DNA of 64,000 nucleotides from Malacoraja senta (taxonomy: Eukaryota): NCBI GenBank assembly GCA_038087875.1, contig CM075988.1, positions 9,116,001 to 9,180,000 of the forward strand, read 5' to 3'. The notes beneath the pieces are model-generated. The model saw only the letters and a list, made by a program, of their open reading frames with translations, searched no databases and had not been told where the DNA came from. Shown here piece after piece: positions 37,369 to 51,361 of the stretch. Numbering within the stretch: position 1 is the stretch's first letter; the number at the start of each line of letters is the position of its first letter. The translations under genes and the position numbers were made by a program.

Positions 37369-38149
37369 TTACTTCTCGTCATAATAGTGGGGTGAAGGGA
37401 ACCTTTCCACCAATATAACTGTCCATTTCCAAGCCCAGTCCAAACTTTTCACTGTACCTCGGTACACGTGACAATAAACTAAATCAAAGTAAAGTAACTA
37501 ATCCTAAATTCTGTCCTGGTTCAGTGGCTCCTCCAACATGTAACCTGATGTACCTGTTCATCTATGGAACTGGATCAGGATGTACTATTGGAAGTGTCTT
37601 ATGCCATTGACCTAGACTAATTCTATTTGTATTTGTGCTTGAAAAAATTGCTATTCACTATAAACTGATGTGAATGATTATGTACAGAGCATTTCAAAAC
37701 ATGTAGGGAATGATCAACCAGATTCCTAGGATTAATTTGTGCAAAATTATTGTGTAAAGCTCTTAAACCACTCCACTGATGGATTTTAATAACATTTCTG
37801 TCATGGAATTAGTGGAACCGTTGATAAAGCTGGAGATGGGATCATGATGGGTTTTCCCACACAACCTTGACTTGCCATTGCTTGAATTTTCTCCTCCCCT
37901 TTCTGTTTTATTCCAATTTTTTTCCTTGAATGTCGGCAATTCTAATCCTTTATTCAGATTACCTACATCTCACAAGATCGTGGCTTACATGTTTAAAATG
38001 CTCGGCACTTAATGCCTCTCTTTTGCACAAGTCCTTGTAGGTTCTGATAACTCCAAACATTTATATAAGGTTTCCCCAATCTCATTGCTAAACAAATGTT
38101 GCATTTGAAAGCAAGGTCCCAGTTGTATTTGAGCTGTGATTTTCCCTTT

Positions 38150-38380
38150 AAAGGTCCAGTCCAGTAAACAAACTGAAATATTTATTTATTATCAGTTATA
38201 GCATGGTGGTACTTGGTTTATTTTTTATTTAAAGATCCAGTCTTGTAAAATAACATACATATTTATTTCTTATCAGTTATAGCATGGTGATGCTAGGATT
38301 TAATTTTCCATTTAAAGATTAATTCCAGTAAAATAAAAAAAATATTTATTTTTATCATTATAACATGTTGATGCTTGGAT
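38150..38380. repeat. ~81-bp tandem triplication
   Basis: atatttattt..tatcagttatagcatggtg..(g/a)ct(t/a)gg recurs three times. Confidence 0.8.
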
Positions 38381-39429
38381 CTGCCTGCAAAGAGTACCTT
38401 GACAGGGGGTGTTAATGTGCATTTGGGATAATTATGACCCAATTATACTTTTCACTAACATCAGTGCAGCATTGGGTGAAGTATATAAACAGAGGGCCAT
38501 ACACCTACGGTTACCCACCCTGTTAATCAGCTTTAAAGTATTTGTCCTTGTCTCTAACCCCAGGTCTACAGCAATCTTCACTGTAATCCACTTCATCTCT
38601 AGCCTGCCTTCACACCATGCATGCAGGATTAACTCAAAACCAAAATCCTGAACAATCTGCAAGAACAATTTTTATTTTTGGTCATTATCTTTGGGAATGT
38701 TCCTTATTTCAAGGTCAGCTTTGTGCCTGGTCTCCCAACAGTGAAAAATGTGGTTCAAGTAAAATCAACTGTCCTAGTCACAACAATGATGATTATCTGA
38801 GAGACTGACCATGAGTTATGTTTATTTTCAGCAGTTTGAAAGGGAGTGAATTGTCCTGTTCTGGATGTCTGAATGCAAGCTTGGTCAATTATGATAAATC
38901 ATAAAGCCAATCATAAAGTGCTGGAGTAACTCAGCGGGTCAAGCAGCAGCTTTGGAGAAAAAGGACAGGTGACATTTCAGGTCGGGTCCCAACCCAAAAC
39001 ATCACGTCCTTTTTCTCCAGATGCTGTCTGACCTGCTGAGTTGCTCCAGTACTATGTGTCCATCTTTGGTCTAAACCAGCATCTGCTGTTCTTTGTTTCT
39101 CTATGGTCAATTATGCATGTGTTTGCATTGCATGGAATTCACATCAGCAGAGTGTTAATTGACCCCACTGATGTATATCAGCATTGATTTTCCACATGAG
39201 CCCCTCCTGCCCTCTTCCTCCTGTCCTTTTAGGGTATTTTTCTCACTCATGTAATCATCAAGATTTCCTTGAAATGTGCAGACTGCTTGTACTACCCCTT
39301 ATGATCACCCACTTCGTAACCCAAAGTAGTTTCTGTTTCAAGTTTTCACAGTTTTCACATATTTCCCTACGACACAGATGGAGGCCATTTGGCCCATTGA
39401 GCCTCTGCCTAACTCCCCTCTATCCCCCT

Positions 39430-39752
39430 TGGAACAGCTGGTAGAGCTGCTGCCTCACAACGTCAGAGAACCAGGTTCGATCCTGACCTCGGGTGCTGTC
39501 TGTGTGGGGTTTGCACGTTCTCCCTGTGACCATGTGGGTTTCCTCACGGGTGTTCCGGTTACTCCCCACATCACAAAGACATGCAGGTTTGTAGGTACAT
39601 GGGCTTCTGTAAAATTACTCCTAGTGTATAGGGAGTGGATGGGTTAGTGGGATAACCTAGAACTAGTGTGAAGGGGTGATCGATGGTCGGCGTGGACTCG
39701 GTGGGTCAAAGACCCTGTTTCTATGCTGTATCTCTAATCTAAACTAAAGACT
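39430..39752 (+). mobile_element. HE1-type SINE
   Basis: cagctggtagagctgctgcctcac...ggttcgatcc head; ctaaactaaa tail. Confidence 0.85.
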
Positions 39753-40271
39753 AAACATTGACTGCCCATCCACAAATCGCCCTTGAACTGAGCATTGCTG
39801 GACCATCTTAGGGTCAAACGCACCGGTGACTCTGGTCAGCTGGCAGATTTTCTCCCCTGAAGACTTAGAATCACGTAGAATTGTCCACGCATTGATGGTT
39901 TTATGGTCATAATCACTAATGATTAGCTTAATTTATTTAAACTCCAGATAATTAACTGAGTCTAAACTCCATTGCTGCCACAGTGGGATGTGTAATATAG
40001 ATTTAGTCAAAGTCCCTGGTTACTTCCAGTAATTAGCACATGCCTCACCACCGTATCACCATAAAAAAAGTCTGTAGGGAAATGGTGAAACCTAGAATAT
40101 TAGCATAGTTGTTGCCAGAGTTATGATACTCCGCAATATACACTTGTCTACTAATTATTGAGCCCAACTCCAGAAGCTCAATGCTGATGAATAACATCAC
40201 AAATATTACCCTAAAATAATGATTTTTATGTGCAAGTGGACAAGCTTGCTTTAGAATGCATTTGAGCATAT

Positions 40272-40620
40272 AGGTACAAAATCACAAGAGGAATAGTGTG
40301 GGTGGATGCACAGAGTCTCTTGTCCAGCGTAGATGAATCAAGAACTAGAGGACATAGGTTTAAGGTGAGGGGGGAAATATTTAACAGGAACCTGAGTGGT
40401 AACTTTTCACACAAAGAGTGTTGGGTGTATGGAACAAGCTGCCGGAGGAGGTAGTTGAGGGAGGTACTATCACAGTGTTTATGAAACGGGTACATAAATA
40501 GAACAGGTTTGGAGGGATATGGGCCAAATGTAGGTGAGTGGGAATAGTGTAGATGGGACGTTTGCCAGTGTGGGCAAGTTGGGCCAAAGGACCTGTTTCC
40601 ACACTTTAAGACTCTATGAT
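40272..40620 (+). mobile_element. CR1 LINE 3' end
   Basis: Similar to 17460-17800. Confidence 0.85.
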
Positions 40621-40870
40621 TATATGTGTGTGTATGCATGTTACATAAATATATTACAAAATATATATATATGCCAATCTATACATGCATATGTATGTGC
40701 GTACTCTTGTAGATTGTTTGCGTGTGTATGTGTGTATGCCTATGCTTGTGTGTGTGTATCTGTGTTTGTGTGTGTGTATCTCTGTGTGTGTGTATGTCTG
40801 TATGGATACATGTATCCATACAGACATACACTGTGTGCTTGTGTGCTTACAGCACTGTGTGCTTGTGCGA
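40621..40870. repeat. Degenerate (TG)n/(TA)n microsatellite
   Basis: tgtgtgtgta repeats. Confidence 0.8.
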
Positions 40871-41450
40871 TAACAATAGGTAGAGATCTCTCATCATGGA
40901 TTGTTGTGACTATGGAGTTGATTGTTGTGCAATCTTAACAGTTGAATTGCTGCTAAGAGCTGCCAACTTTTACTCTGTATGAGTGTCCCTGGGAAATCAA
41001 ATGCCATTTGCTTCCTTGCTGTTTATTTGCATGTGATTTATCTGGAATACTTAATAATTGTTCATTTAAAATCTGTTTATTTAACAAAAACAATAAAAAA
41101 AATATCAAAGTATCAAAACAACATTTGTTGGACCAAATTATTTCAAATGTAAAAGAATCACTTTCGGGGAAATAAGATTTTATTTTACTTCAGGGTCATT
41201 CAGAACACAATGTCAGCGATCCTACAAGGAAACTCTCCGAAGTGCGGCAATCACACTGCACCAGCGGCAAACTTAGGAAAACATATCCTGATCCCAAGGA
41301 AATTATTCCTACCAGCATCTCTCTCCCCCTTCTTTATGATTCTCCAGTTTTATGAACAAACGAGCTTCAGATCACCTGCTTTAACTTGTCCTCTTGATAA
41401 TTTATCTGATTTCTTGACAATTATTGCCTTATTACATTCAAACAATAATG

Positions 41451-42052
41451 CTGATACTCCCCGACTTACACTATTGGCGACTTACATCAACATGCACTTA
41501 AATAAACAATTCTGGCTGTTTGCAATTTCTGCCACACCGTACGATCACTCAAGTTTATATCAGAAACAAGCCGACAATGGCAGCGCTGCTTACCCAGAAT
41601 GCCGTGAGCTGCAGAAAGTGCCTCAGAGGTGAGGTGGAACTCAAGCCGGCAATACTTGCCCTGAATTCAGCGCATCTTGGATGCAGCCAGGTGCATCTGG
41701 GCGTCATGGGCTATGGGAAGAAGGCAGGATAATGGGGTTAGGAGGGAAGGTAGATCAACCATGATTGAATGGCGGAGTAGACGATGGGCCGAATGGCCTA
41801 ATTCTGCCTCTATCACATGACCTTATGATCTTGTGATGACACTGAGACATTTAAACCCTCAGGGGTCGACACAAAATGCTGAAGTAACTCAACAGGTGGG
41901 GCAGCATAACTGGATAGGTGCCATTTCAGTACGAGACCTTTCTTAAGACTCAGCGAGTTATTTCAGGTCGGGGATGGTAATTCCGACATGTAAAATCTGC
42001 CTTATGTGAGGATTCATGCAATGTAATCCTTACGTAAGTCGGGGAGTGCCAG
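41451..42052. mobile_element. Tigger/pogo-like non-autonomous DNA transposon carrying a nested CR1 tail and a Penelope piece
   Basis: Inverted termini ctgatactccccgacttac / gtaagtcggggagtgccag followed by TA; the left flank is TG, possibly a mutated TA. Confidence 0.6.
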
Positions 42053-42407
42053 TAAACTCAGAAAATAAAAGTTAGAATTCTATAAACACATTTGTTGGTG
42101 CTCTCCACAATGCTTTCATACCCAAACTCATGTTATAAGCGTCACAAATCAGGCAGCAAACAGGGTTACTGAATACTGTCTTCTAGTGAGAACATTATTG
42201 TCACCGCACCTCATGGAACTATAAAAAGTGACACAAAGCGCTGGAGTAACTCAATGGGTCAGGCAACATCTCTAGAGCACATGGATGGTTGATGTTTTGG
42301 GTCGGGATCCTTCTTCAGACTACACAAATCTACTTTAATTCCATGAAGTTGCTACTTCAATCATTAGTACTGAGATGAATTACAAAATATACCAGATAAC
42401 CAAATTT

Positions 42408-42705
42408 CTAGTTTAGTTTAGAGATACAGCGGCCTACTGGGTCCGCGCCGACCAGCGATCCCCACACATTAACACTATCCTACACCTACTAGGGACCATT
42501 TTTACTTTTACCAAGCCAATTAATCAACAAACCTGTACGTCTTTGGAATGTGGGAGGAAACCGAAGATCTCGGAGAAAACCCACACAGGTCACGGGGAGA
42601 ACGTACAAACTCTGTACAGACAGGCACCCGTAGTCGGGATCGAACCCGGGTCTCCGGCGCTGCATTCGCTGTAAGGAGGCAACTCTACCGCTGGGCCACT
42701 GTGAT
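42408..42705 (-). mobile_element. HE1-type SINE (young)
   Basis: CpG-rich with an intact ggttcgatcc B box. Confidence 0.88.
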
Positions 42706-43575
42706 CGCCCTTTTCTGGAGTCAAAAGGTTGAAAGAGAACATAATGCAAGTTATAGAGATATTGAATATGGAATAACCTTGTGAATCATTCCGTTTTCAA
42801 CGAGGCGACATTTTGACGTATTTGCAAGCATTGTCTTAACTCCTCGAGTATCTTGTTCTTTTCTTATTCTGAATTAAATTTGCAGAAATATTGGATGCAC
42901 GCCTACACCAGAGACAGTTGGTAGAGTGATTGCTGCAGAGAATGATTGGGTTTGTTCAAGGATGTCATTCTTCACTGTCTGTGTCAGAGAGGAAACAACA
43001 TGCATCTTGTGAAGTCACACAGAGAATGAAAAACAAAGAATATTTGGGCTACACAAAAATACGGGGAATAGCAGCAAAGCAAGATGCACTGGAAAGAATA
43101 AACATCTTAAGTGAGAACATGAGGTAATTTGCAGAAAAGTGATTAGAAATAGAATTAGATAATAGAAATAAAAGGGATAAGAATGAAAGTAAAACATGAG
43201 GGAGAAACAATCTGTGCTTTAGTCAGCCGGGTAACAGGAATATACAGAAACACCATTGCATGCAAAAGATCCAGTTCCTTTTCTTCAAGAATACTGCAAA
43301 TATCATTAAACTTCACCAAACCCAGAAAGTATTGTAGAAACAAGGAACTGCAGATGCTGGTTTATCAAGGAAAGACACAAAATGCTGGAGTAACTCAACG
43401 GGTCAGGCAGCATCCCTGAAGAAGGGTCTTCACCCAAAACTTCACCTATCTATGTTCTTTCTCCAGCAATGTTGCCTCGTACCTCTGAGCAGTCATTTGT
43501 GTTTTCTCAGAAAATTTAATTTCCTTTTTTTCCCTCACTGGTAGCTTAATGAATATCAGATGATGTCTGCAGCCT

Positions 43576-44000
43576 TAGGTTTAGGTTTAATATTGTCATG
43601 TGTACAAGGTACAGTGAAAAACCTTTGGTTGCATGTGTTCCCATCAAATTAGATACTGCTAGACAGTATATATTTAAAGCTTCTGTATCTTTAATACTAA
43701 TAACTGAGTATAACCTTTTGGAAAGGCCTATTAATTGCAGGTTGTCCTGGAAAATCATACAATACATAAGTGCACCAGGTGGTGCAAAAGATAAAATAAA
43801 CAGCTATAAGGAAAGTTCAGATAAAAAAGTTCAAAGGCTGCAGCAAGGTAGACTGGAAGATTGGGAATTCATCCTTAGCTTATGAGCGGCTCATTCAAGA
43901 GTCTGATAACAGTGGGGACAAGGGTGTTCTTCAATCTGGTGGTGGCCTATGCTTTCAAGCGTTTGTATCTTCTGCCCGCTGGGAGAGGGGAGAAGAGAGA
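43576..44000 (-). mobile_element. Rex1/Babar-type LINE 3' end
   Basis: Minus strand SPLPAGRRYKRLKA-like C-terminus and the gtacagtgaaaa tail. Confidence 0.6.
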
Positions 44001-45168
44001 GTAAGGTACAACTTTGATCAGCAGGTTGTGAGTCGAGTTGACGGTGAAACTGCTCAATGTGTGAATGTTCCAAAAGATGAATGAGCATGTCAAGGGAGAA
44101 GTGTTATGTTCCCAAGTACGTTTGCTGAAGAGAGCTGCCTATGTTATATTACTGATTAGGAATCTGAAACTTGTGGGTTAAGGTTCTTTCAGGTGGGTTG
44201 GAGATCACACATTTCTCAGGATACACATAGTAGTCACTACTTGGCTGTGTACTGACATTCTATTTACACTGTTACTGAGCACATCTGAAAATATGATTTG
44301 ATTGGATTAGCAATTGCAAGCCCTTGCTTATTTGGAGTACATTATCTTAAAGGTAATCTACAATATGATGGGCCGAATGGTCTAATCCTGCTCCTGTAAC
44401 ATGAATTTATGAATTTATGATATGTAGGTTTCTGGGTTAATTGGCCTCTGTAAGTTGGCCCTAGTGTGCAGGGAGTGGATGTGAATGTGGGATGACATAG
44501 AACTAGTATGAATAAGTAGTTGATGGTCGGAGTGAACTTGGTGGGCTGAAGGGCCTGTTTCCATGCTGTATCTTTCAGTCAATTAAATCACAATATCAAA
44601 GAATTAGAGATGAATGGATATTATTTCTTCCAAATAACAGGCTTTATGAACAGCTTCGTCACTTCATATTAGTATCGGTTATACGAGGCATATTTTAAAC
44701 ATTTGCCAGCATTAAAAGCTTTTTGCTGCAAACTTAAAGTGTTTAATTTGCAGAATTATCACAAAAGGAAGCATTAATAATCAATTGCTAAAATTGGTCA
44801 ATGTCGTGGCTGTGAACTAATTTGGGGCAAGAATCCAAAAATCAGAAATGCTTGTGCTTTTAATTTGAATGAGGTGATTTCAATATGTTTTTGCAATGAA
44901 CTCATATAAGGTCCTTCTTGGAAGATGAATTGCTGCAGCCCTCCGTCGCCGTGTAGTTTCTCGACCACACCACTCAGAATATTCATGCCATAAACTCAAC
45001 GGTAACATTTGTTAACGACAATCTGAGTTGTATATCATGTAGACACAAGGTGCTGGAGTAACACAGCCGGTCAGGCAACATCTCTGGAGAAAGGAAACAG
45101 ATGAAGTTTTGGGTCGGAACCCTTCTTCAGACCTATTCCTTATCTCCAGAGATGCTGCCTGACCTCTT

Positions 45169-46275
45169 CATAAGATCATAAGATCATAAGTAATAGGAGC
45201 AGAATTAAGCCATTCGGTCCATCAAGTCTACTCCGCCATTCAATCATGGCTGATCTATCTCTCCCTCCTAACCCCATTCTCCTGCCTTCTCCCTGTAACC
45301 TCTGACACCTGTACTAATCAAGAATCTATCTATCTCTGCCTTAAATATATCCACTGACTTTGCCTCCACAGCCTTCTGTGGCAAAGAATTCCAAAGATTC
45401 ACCACCCTCTGACTCAAGAAATTCCTCCTCATCTCCCTCCTAAAAGAACATCCTTTAATTCTGAGGCTATGACCTCTAGTCCTATACCCTCCCACTAGTG
45501 GAAACATCCTCTCCACATCCACTCTATCCAAGTCTTTCATTACTCTGTACGTTTCAATGAGGTCCCACCTCATTCTTCTCAACTCCAGTGAGTTCAGGCC
45601 AAGTGCAGTCAAATGCTCATCATAGGTTAACCTACTCATTCCTGGGATCGTTCTTGTAAACCTCCTCTGGACCCTCTCCAGAGAGCCAGCAAATCCTTCC
45701 TCAGATAAGGTGCCCAAAATTGTTCACAATATTCCAAATATGGCCTGACCAGCGCCTTACAGAGGCTCAGCATAACATCCCTGTTTTTGTATACAGGCCG
45801 TCTCAAAATAAATGCTAGCATTGCGTTTACTTTCTTTACCACCGATTCGACTTGCAGATGAACTTTTTGGGAATCCTGCACTAGCACTCCCAAGTCCCTT
45901 TGCATCTCCGATTTCTGGATTCTCTCCCCATTTAGAAAGTAATCAAAGCTTTTATTTCTTATACCAATAGACATGACTCCACACTTTGCTACACTATATT
46001 CCATCTGTTACTTCTCTGCCCACTCTCCCAACTTATCCAAGTCCTTCTGCAGAGTCCCTGCTTTCTCTACACTACTTGGCCCTCCACCTATTTTTGTATC
46101 ATCCGCAAACTTGGCCACAAAGCCATCACATCCCTCATCTAAATCATTAATATATAAAGTGAAGAGCAGTGGCACCAGCACCGAGCCCTGCGGAACTCCG
46201 CTAGTCACTGGCAGCCAACTAGAAAAAGCCCCCTTTATTGCCACTCTTTGCCTTCTGCCATCCAGCCAACCTGAT
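45169..46275 (-). mobile_element. CR1 (HER1-like) LINE, 1.1-kb 3' portion, frameshifted
   Basis: ORFs 46008..46244 (SGVPQGSVL, YINDLD, KFADDTKIGG), 45636..46004 and 45268..45717; 8-bp tandem tail (cataagat)n. Confidence 0.95.
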
Positions 46276-47395
46276 ATCTGTTGAGTTGCTCCAGCATTTT
46301 GTTCTATCGTCAGTATAAACTAGCATTTACAGTTCCTTCCTACACATTCTGTATATCACGTGTTGTCTTTATAAGAGCAATGCCAGGAACTAGTGGATAT
46401 TTTAACTTCTCAATCAGCAGATTGCAGAAAGTCAGAACTGATGAACACTCACCTCAAAGGTAAGTCTGCCTTGTCAGAATCTGGGAGGGTAATGTGTTTG
46501 AACTTAAGCTCATACAAAGCTTAACTGCACACATATTTTTTTGTGTTTCAGGGTTCATGTCCACTGGTTTCATGTTACCTCAGCTTTTAATGCCACATTC
46601 TTAACTCACTTTGTGGTCCTATCCCACATTATGTCCGTAACCCCTCTGACCTCCAGTTTCGGCTCACCTTACAAAAATCGAAGTGCACATTCTTTGCCCT
46701 CCTCTGAAGGCTCACCTTGAGCTGGAAACATAGAAACATAGAAATGTAGAAAAATAGGTGCAGGAGTTGGCCATTCGGCCTTTCGAGCCAGCAACGTCAT
46801 TCAATATGATCATGGCTAATCATCTAAATCAGTACCCCGTTCCTGCTTTTTCCCCATATCCCTTGATTTCTTTAGCCACAAGAGCTAAATCTAACTATGT
46901 GGACCAGTTCTGGTCACCCCATTAAAGGTTCATATGTGGGGGCTTCGGAGACGGTGCAGAGGCGTTACCATGAGATACCATGTCTTTAGACGTGCCAAGG
47001 TCCTTAATGTTGGGTTCCTCTCCCAAATTCTTATTCGCAGATTCAGAATGAACCTCTGGCCAGCTTTCAGTGTCATTTGGAATTGGTAGCACCATTAGCA
47101 GGTTGTGTGTTCAAACCCCAGCCCAATGTTTTGAACTTATTAGAGCCTGGATATCACGAGGAAACTATCCTCTGCAAAGTCAGAGGAGTTATCTTTTGGA
47201 ATTGCCATTATCCACAAATTTCTGACTATTCTCTCAAAAATACCTTCTATCACAATTTTGAAGAAAGGAATTAGCCATTTTCTGCATGGATGTTTGTAGG
47301 ACTGCACTGCTTTCAAGGGGTTTGGAATTGATTCATAATTTGAAAGGTTTCAAATGGATGTAAATTGCTATTATCTGAGGGTGATGAAATATTCA

Positions 47396-47728
47396 ACGGC
47401 CTGTCCCACTTACGCGACTTTTTCAGCGACTGCCGGCACCCGTCATAGGTCGTTGCAGGTCGCTGAAAATGTTCAACGTGTTGAAAATCCAGCGGCGACC
47501 ACAACAAGGTACGACTCTTAGGATGACTACTCACGACGATACAGGCTTCACCCCGCGACATGTCGCCAGGGTGTTGCCTGTATGGTCGTAAATCGTCTCC
47601 ACAGTCACCCAAAGAGTCTTTCTGGTCGCCACTGAATTTGCAACATGTTGACAATTTTCGCCGACCTGCAACAGCCTATGACGGGTGCCGGCAGTCGCCG
47701 AACAAGTCGCATAAGTGGGACAGGCCCT
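47396..47728. mobile_element. PIF/Harbinger-type fold-back MITE with ~110-bp TIRs
   Basis: ggcctgtcccactta...gactgccggcacccgtcatagg / cctatgacgggtgccggcagtc...taagtgggacaggccct followed by TAA. Confidence 0.88.
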
Positions 47729-48894
47729 TAACTAAACATATTAAAGGAAAATTACTAATATCCATGGTAAATTACTTTATTCTAACATTGGAGTATTGCA
47801 CGCAGTCCTGGTCACTCCATTACATGTGAGAGGTGGGGGCTCTACCAGAATGTGGTCTGGATTAGAGGGTTTCAGCTACAGGAAGAAGTTGAGTAGACCT
47901 GGATTGTTTTCTCTAGATCTAGATTTTTCTGGATTGAGGACAGACTTGATAGAAGTCAGGCAGCATCTCAAGAGAAAAGGAATATGTGACGTTTCGGGTC
48001 GGGACTGCTTCAGACTGGAGAAGGGTCTTGACCTGAAACTTCACCTATTCCTTTGCTCTAGAGATGCTGCCTGACCCGCTGTGTAAGGGGTGGATTTGAG
48101 TGTAGAAAATGTGAGGGGAATGAAAATTAATGATGAATGAGATTACTCTGCGAGCCAGCATAGACTCTTTTTGGCCAAAATGGCCTGTTTCTATATCATT
48201 TGGAACTATTGATTATTACCCTGCAGCAGTTACACTAACTGAGCCATGTTTCCTGGGCACCGACAGTGCATTGTGTCACTCCATATTATTAGCCCATGCC
48301 TTGAAATTAACACATCATGAGTCTGATATTCCATACAGACAATCAGCTTACAGTATAAACCAAAGGCTGATGGAAGTATTAGTCAGTCTGTTCAGTCTAT
48401 TACAGTTCTATCCTGCCACCCAGAGGTTTAATAAAGAACATCAATATAGGCACCTTTCATTCTAAGATAGGCACAAAGTGCTTGAATAACTCAGCAGGTC
48501 GGGCAGCATCTCTGGAGAACATGGATAGGCAAGATCTCGGGTCAGCACCCTTCTTCAGACTAATGGTGGGGGGAGGGAAGAAAGACAGAAGAGAGGTCCC
48601 TTCATGCTCTCTTCACCCTTTTTCCTACAATCAGTCTGCCTGTCTTCCGGCTTACTTCCCAATTGCCCCCCCCCCCCCCACAATCAGTCTGTAGAAGGGT
48701 CGTGACCCAAAACATCACCTCTCCATGTTTTCCAGAGATGCTGCCTTACCTACTGAGTTACTCCAGCAACTTGTGTTATTTTTGTTGTTGTAAATCTTCA
48801 TCTGCAGATCCTTGCTTCTACCTTTTATTCTGGATTCCGTGCACTGGGGTCGAGTGATCTTACAATGGTTAAGTTTATAAGATAATTTAATAAT

Positions 48895-49158
48895 AAGAGA
48901 TAGGAGCAGAATTAGGCCATTCAGCCCATCAAGTCTACTCCGCCATTCAATCATGGCTGATCTATCTCTCCTAACCTCATTCTCCTGCCTTCTCTCCAGA
49001 ACCTCTAACTCCCGTACTAATCAAGAATCTATCTATGTCTGCCTTAAAAATATCCAGAATTTGCCTCCACGGCCTTCTGTGGCAAAGAATTCCACAGATT
49101 CACCACCCTCTGACTAAAGAAATTCCTCCTCATCTCATTCCCAAAAGAAGGTCTTTTA
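48895..49158 (-). mobile_element. CR1 LINE 3' end
   Basis: Near-identical to 45190-45460. Confidence 0.85.
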
Positions 49159-49551
49159 TCACTGATAAAGACATATTCAATTTAAGGAATTGCCTAACAA
49201 TCATTTAAAAGTAAGAGTTTAACTTTCCAATGAAGCTGAATATTATAAAACAATTAATTTGATGGAGTAAAAAAACCCAGAACTAGACAGTAGATTTTAA
49301 CCAATGATAATCATAAGGACAAAGGAATAACTAGTTTGAAAACAGGAGCATAATCAATGATAAATTCAATGTGAAAGGATCTAACGTTAAAGATGAATTG
49401 AAGTGTCTGCCGATGTCTGTTGGACATTTAATGATAGAAGCTTTAGCAAAGAGCAAATTGCTGGAGGTACTCAATGGTTGAGCTGTAATTGTGAAGGGGA
49501 AGGATTTGTCGATATTTCGGGTCAAGACTCTGCATCAGGACTGTACAGTGC

Positions 49552-50000
49552 GTGCGGCACAGTGGTGCAGCGGTAGAGATGCTGCCTTACAGCGCCAGGG
49601 ACCCAGGTTCGATATAGACCAGGGATGCTGTCTGTACGCAGTTTGTACATTCTCCTTGTAACTGCATGGGTTTACTCCGGATGCTCCGGTTTCCTCCCAC
49701 ATTCCAAAGACGTACAGGTATGTAGGTGAATTAGCTTCTGTAAATTCTCCCTAGTGTTTCGGGTAAACTAGTGTTTGGGAGGTCGGCGTGGACTCAGTGG
49801 GTTGAAGAGCCTGTTTCCATGCTGCATCTCTAAAATTAAAACAAAAGGTTTGTAGGTGAATTGGCTTTGGTAAAATCGTAAAATTGTCCCTAGTGTGTAG
49901 AATAGTGTTAGTGTATGGTGATCGCTGGTGTGCCCAGACTCGGTGGGCCAAAGGGCCTGTTTTACGCGCCATATCTCTAAAGACTAAAGTCTAAAGACTG
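49552..50000 (+). mobile_element. HE1-type SINE with a duplicated 3' half
   Basis: tgtaggtgaatt...gcctgttt...ctctaaa occurs twice (49721-49840 and 49846-49995). Confidence 0.8.
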
Positions 50001-50368
50001 AAAATGGACCAGTAAGGTAGTCAGGATAAAGAGGAGAGAGTGAAGGATGAGGTCGGCGCTAATAGGTGCTGGGTGGACTGAGGAAGGATAGGGAATGATG
50101 AACAGTGGGTGCCTGGTGGGGAAGAGTAGAATGGCGGAGTCGGGAGACAGAGGCAGGTGACCGATAGATGGAAGCAGGCAAGGGGAGGAAAAGGAAAATA
50201 AAGGAAATTAAAAGTGTGACAGATTGAGCCAGGAGGAGAAGTGGTGAAGGTAGAGAATGTCGAGGGGGATGAATAGGGTCACAAAAACTACAAGTGTTGG
50301 AGCAAATAGCAAAGTGCTGAAGGAACGCAGCAGGCCAGGCATCATTTGTGGAGTTAAATGGACAGTAA

Positions 50369-50917
50369 AGGGGCTGTCCCATTGCGGCGACCTATTCCAC
50401 GAGTTTAGAAGTGTTTGCCCTCGACTCATACTCACAGCATGGTCGACACGAGGTCCTAGGAGGTCTTTGTAACTCTCCTTCATGCTCGAGAGTAGTCCCC
50501 GCGTACTCGAGGCCTCAGCTAGGTCGCGGCGTATTTTTCAACATGCTGAAAAATGCCCGCGATTAAAAAAAGGTCGCCATGGAAAAAATCGATACTTTTT
50601 TTACTCGTAGGTTTAGTCAAAGTAGATCGTAGTAGGTCGGCATGTTATTCGTAGGTAATCGAAGGTAGTCGAAGGTAGTTGTAGATAGTCTTCAACATAG
50701 TCGAAGGGAGGTCGAAGGGAGGTCGAAGGGAGGTCGAAGGAGATCAAAGGTCATCTTCACTCTCCACTATTCGGTGTCCAATTTTCCCGAAGTAAGTCAT
50801 AGCTAGTCGAAGCTAGTCTTCAACATAGTCGAAGGAGGTCTTCAACATGACATTTTTTCAAACTCTCCTAAACTCTTCTAAACTCGCCAATTAGGTTGCC
50901 GCAGTGGGCCAGCCCCT
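50369..50917. mobile_element. PIF/Harbinger-type MITE
   Basis: TIRs aggggctgtcccattgcggcgacct / aggttgccgcagtgggccagcccct, TAA/TTA flanks, internal gtcgaagg repeats. Confidence 0.85.
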
Positions 50918-51361
50918 TTAACATTTTGGATAGACGCAAAATGCTGGAGTAACAAAGCATCTCTGGACATAAGGAATAGCTGATCTTTCGGGTTAGAATC
51001 CTTCTTCACCCAGACTAGGCAGTACAGTAATGTTGTTTTACAGTCTGTAGAAGGGTTCTGACCCGAAATGTCACCTGTCCTTTTTCTCAAGAGATGCTGC
51101 CTGACCCGCTGAGCTAATCCAGCATTTTGTGTCTACTTTTGGTAGAAACTAACATCTGCAGTTCCTTCCTACACAGTTAACATTGTGGGTTGGGACCCTT
51201 CTTTAGACTTCAGTATCCCACCCAAGACATTGTCCATCCATTTCCCTCCACAGATGCTACCTGGCCAGTTGAGTTCCTCCAGCACTTTGCTTTTTGCTCA
51301 AGATTTCAGCATCTGCAGTCAGTTCTGTCTACAAGTGTTGGAATTTGAGACATAAGGTAAA

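Noticed and set aside
40534..40938. Cys/Val-rich 134-aa ORF
   Set aside because: It is a translation of (TG)n microsatellite plus CR1 UTR.
41194..41632. 140-aa ORF or exon after ttttacttcag
   Set aside because: No recognisable protein, and the ORF runs into the Tigger-like element; an acceptor-like site alone is insufficient.
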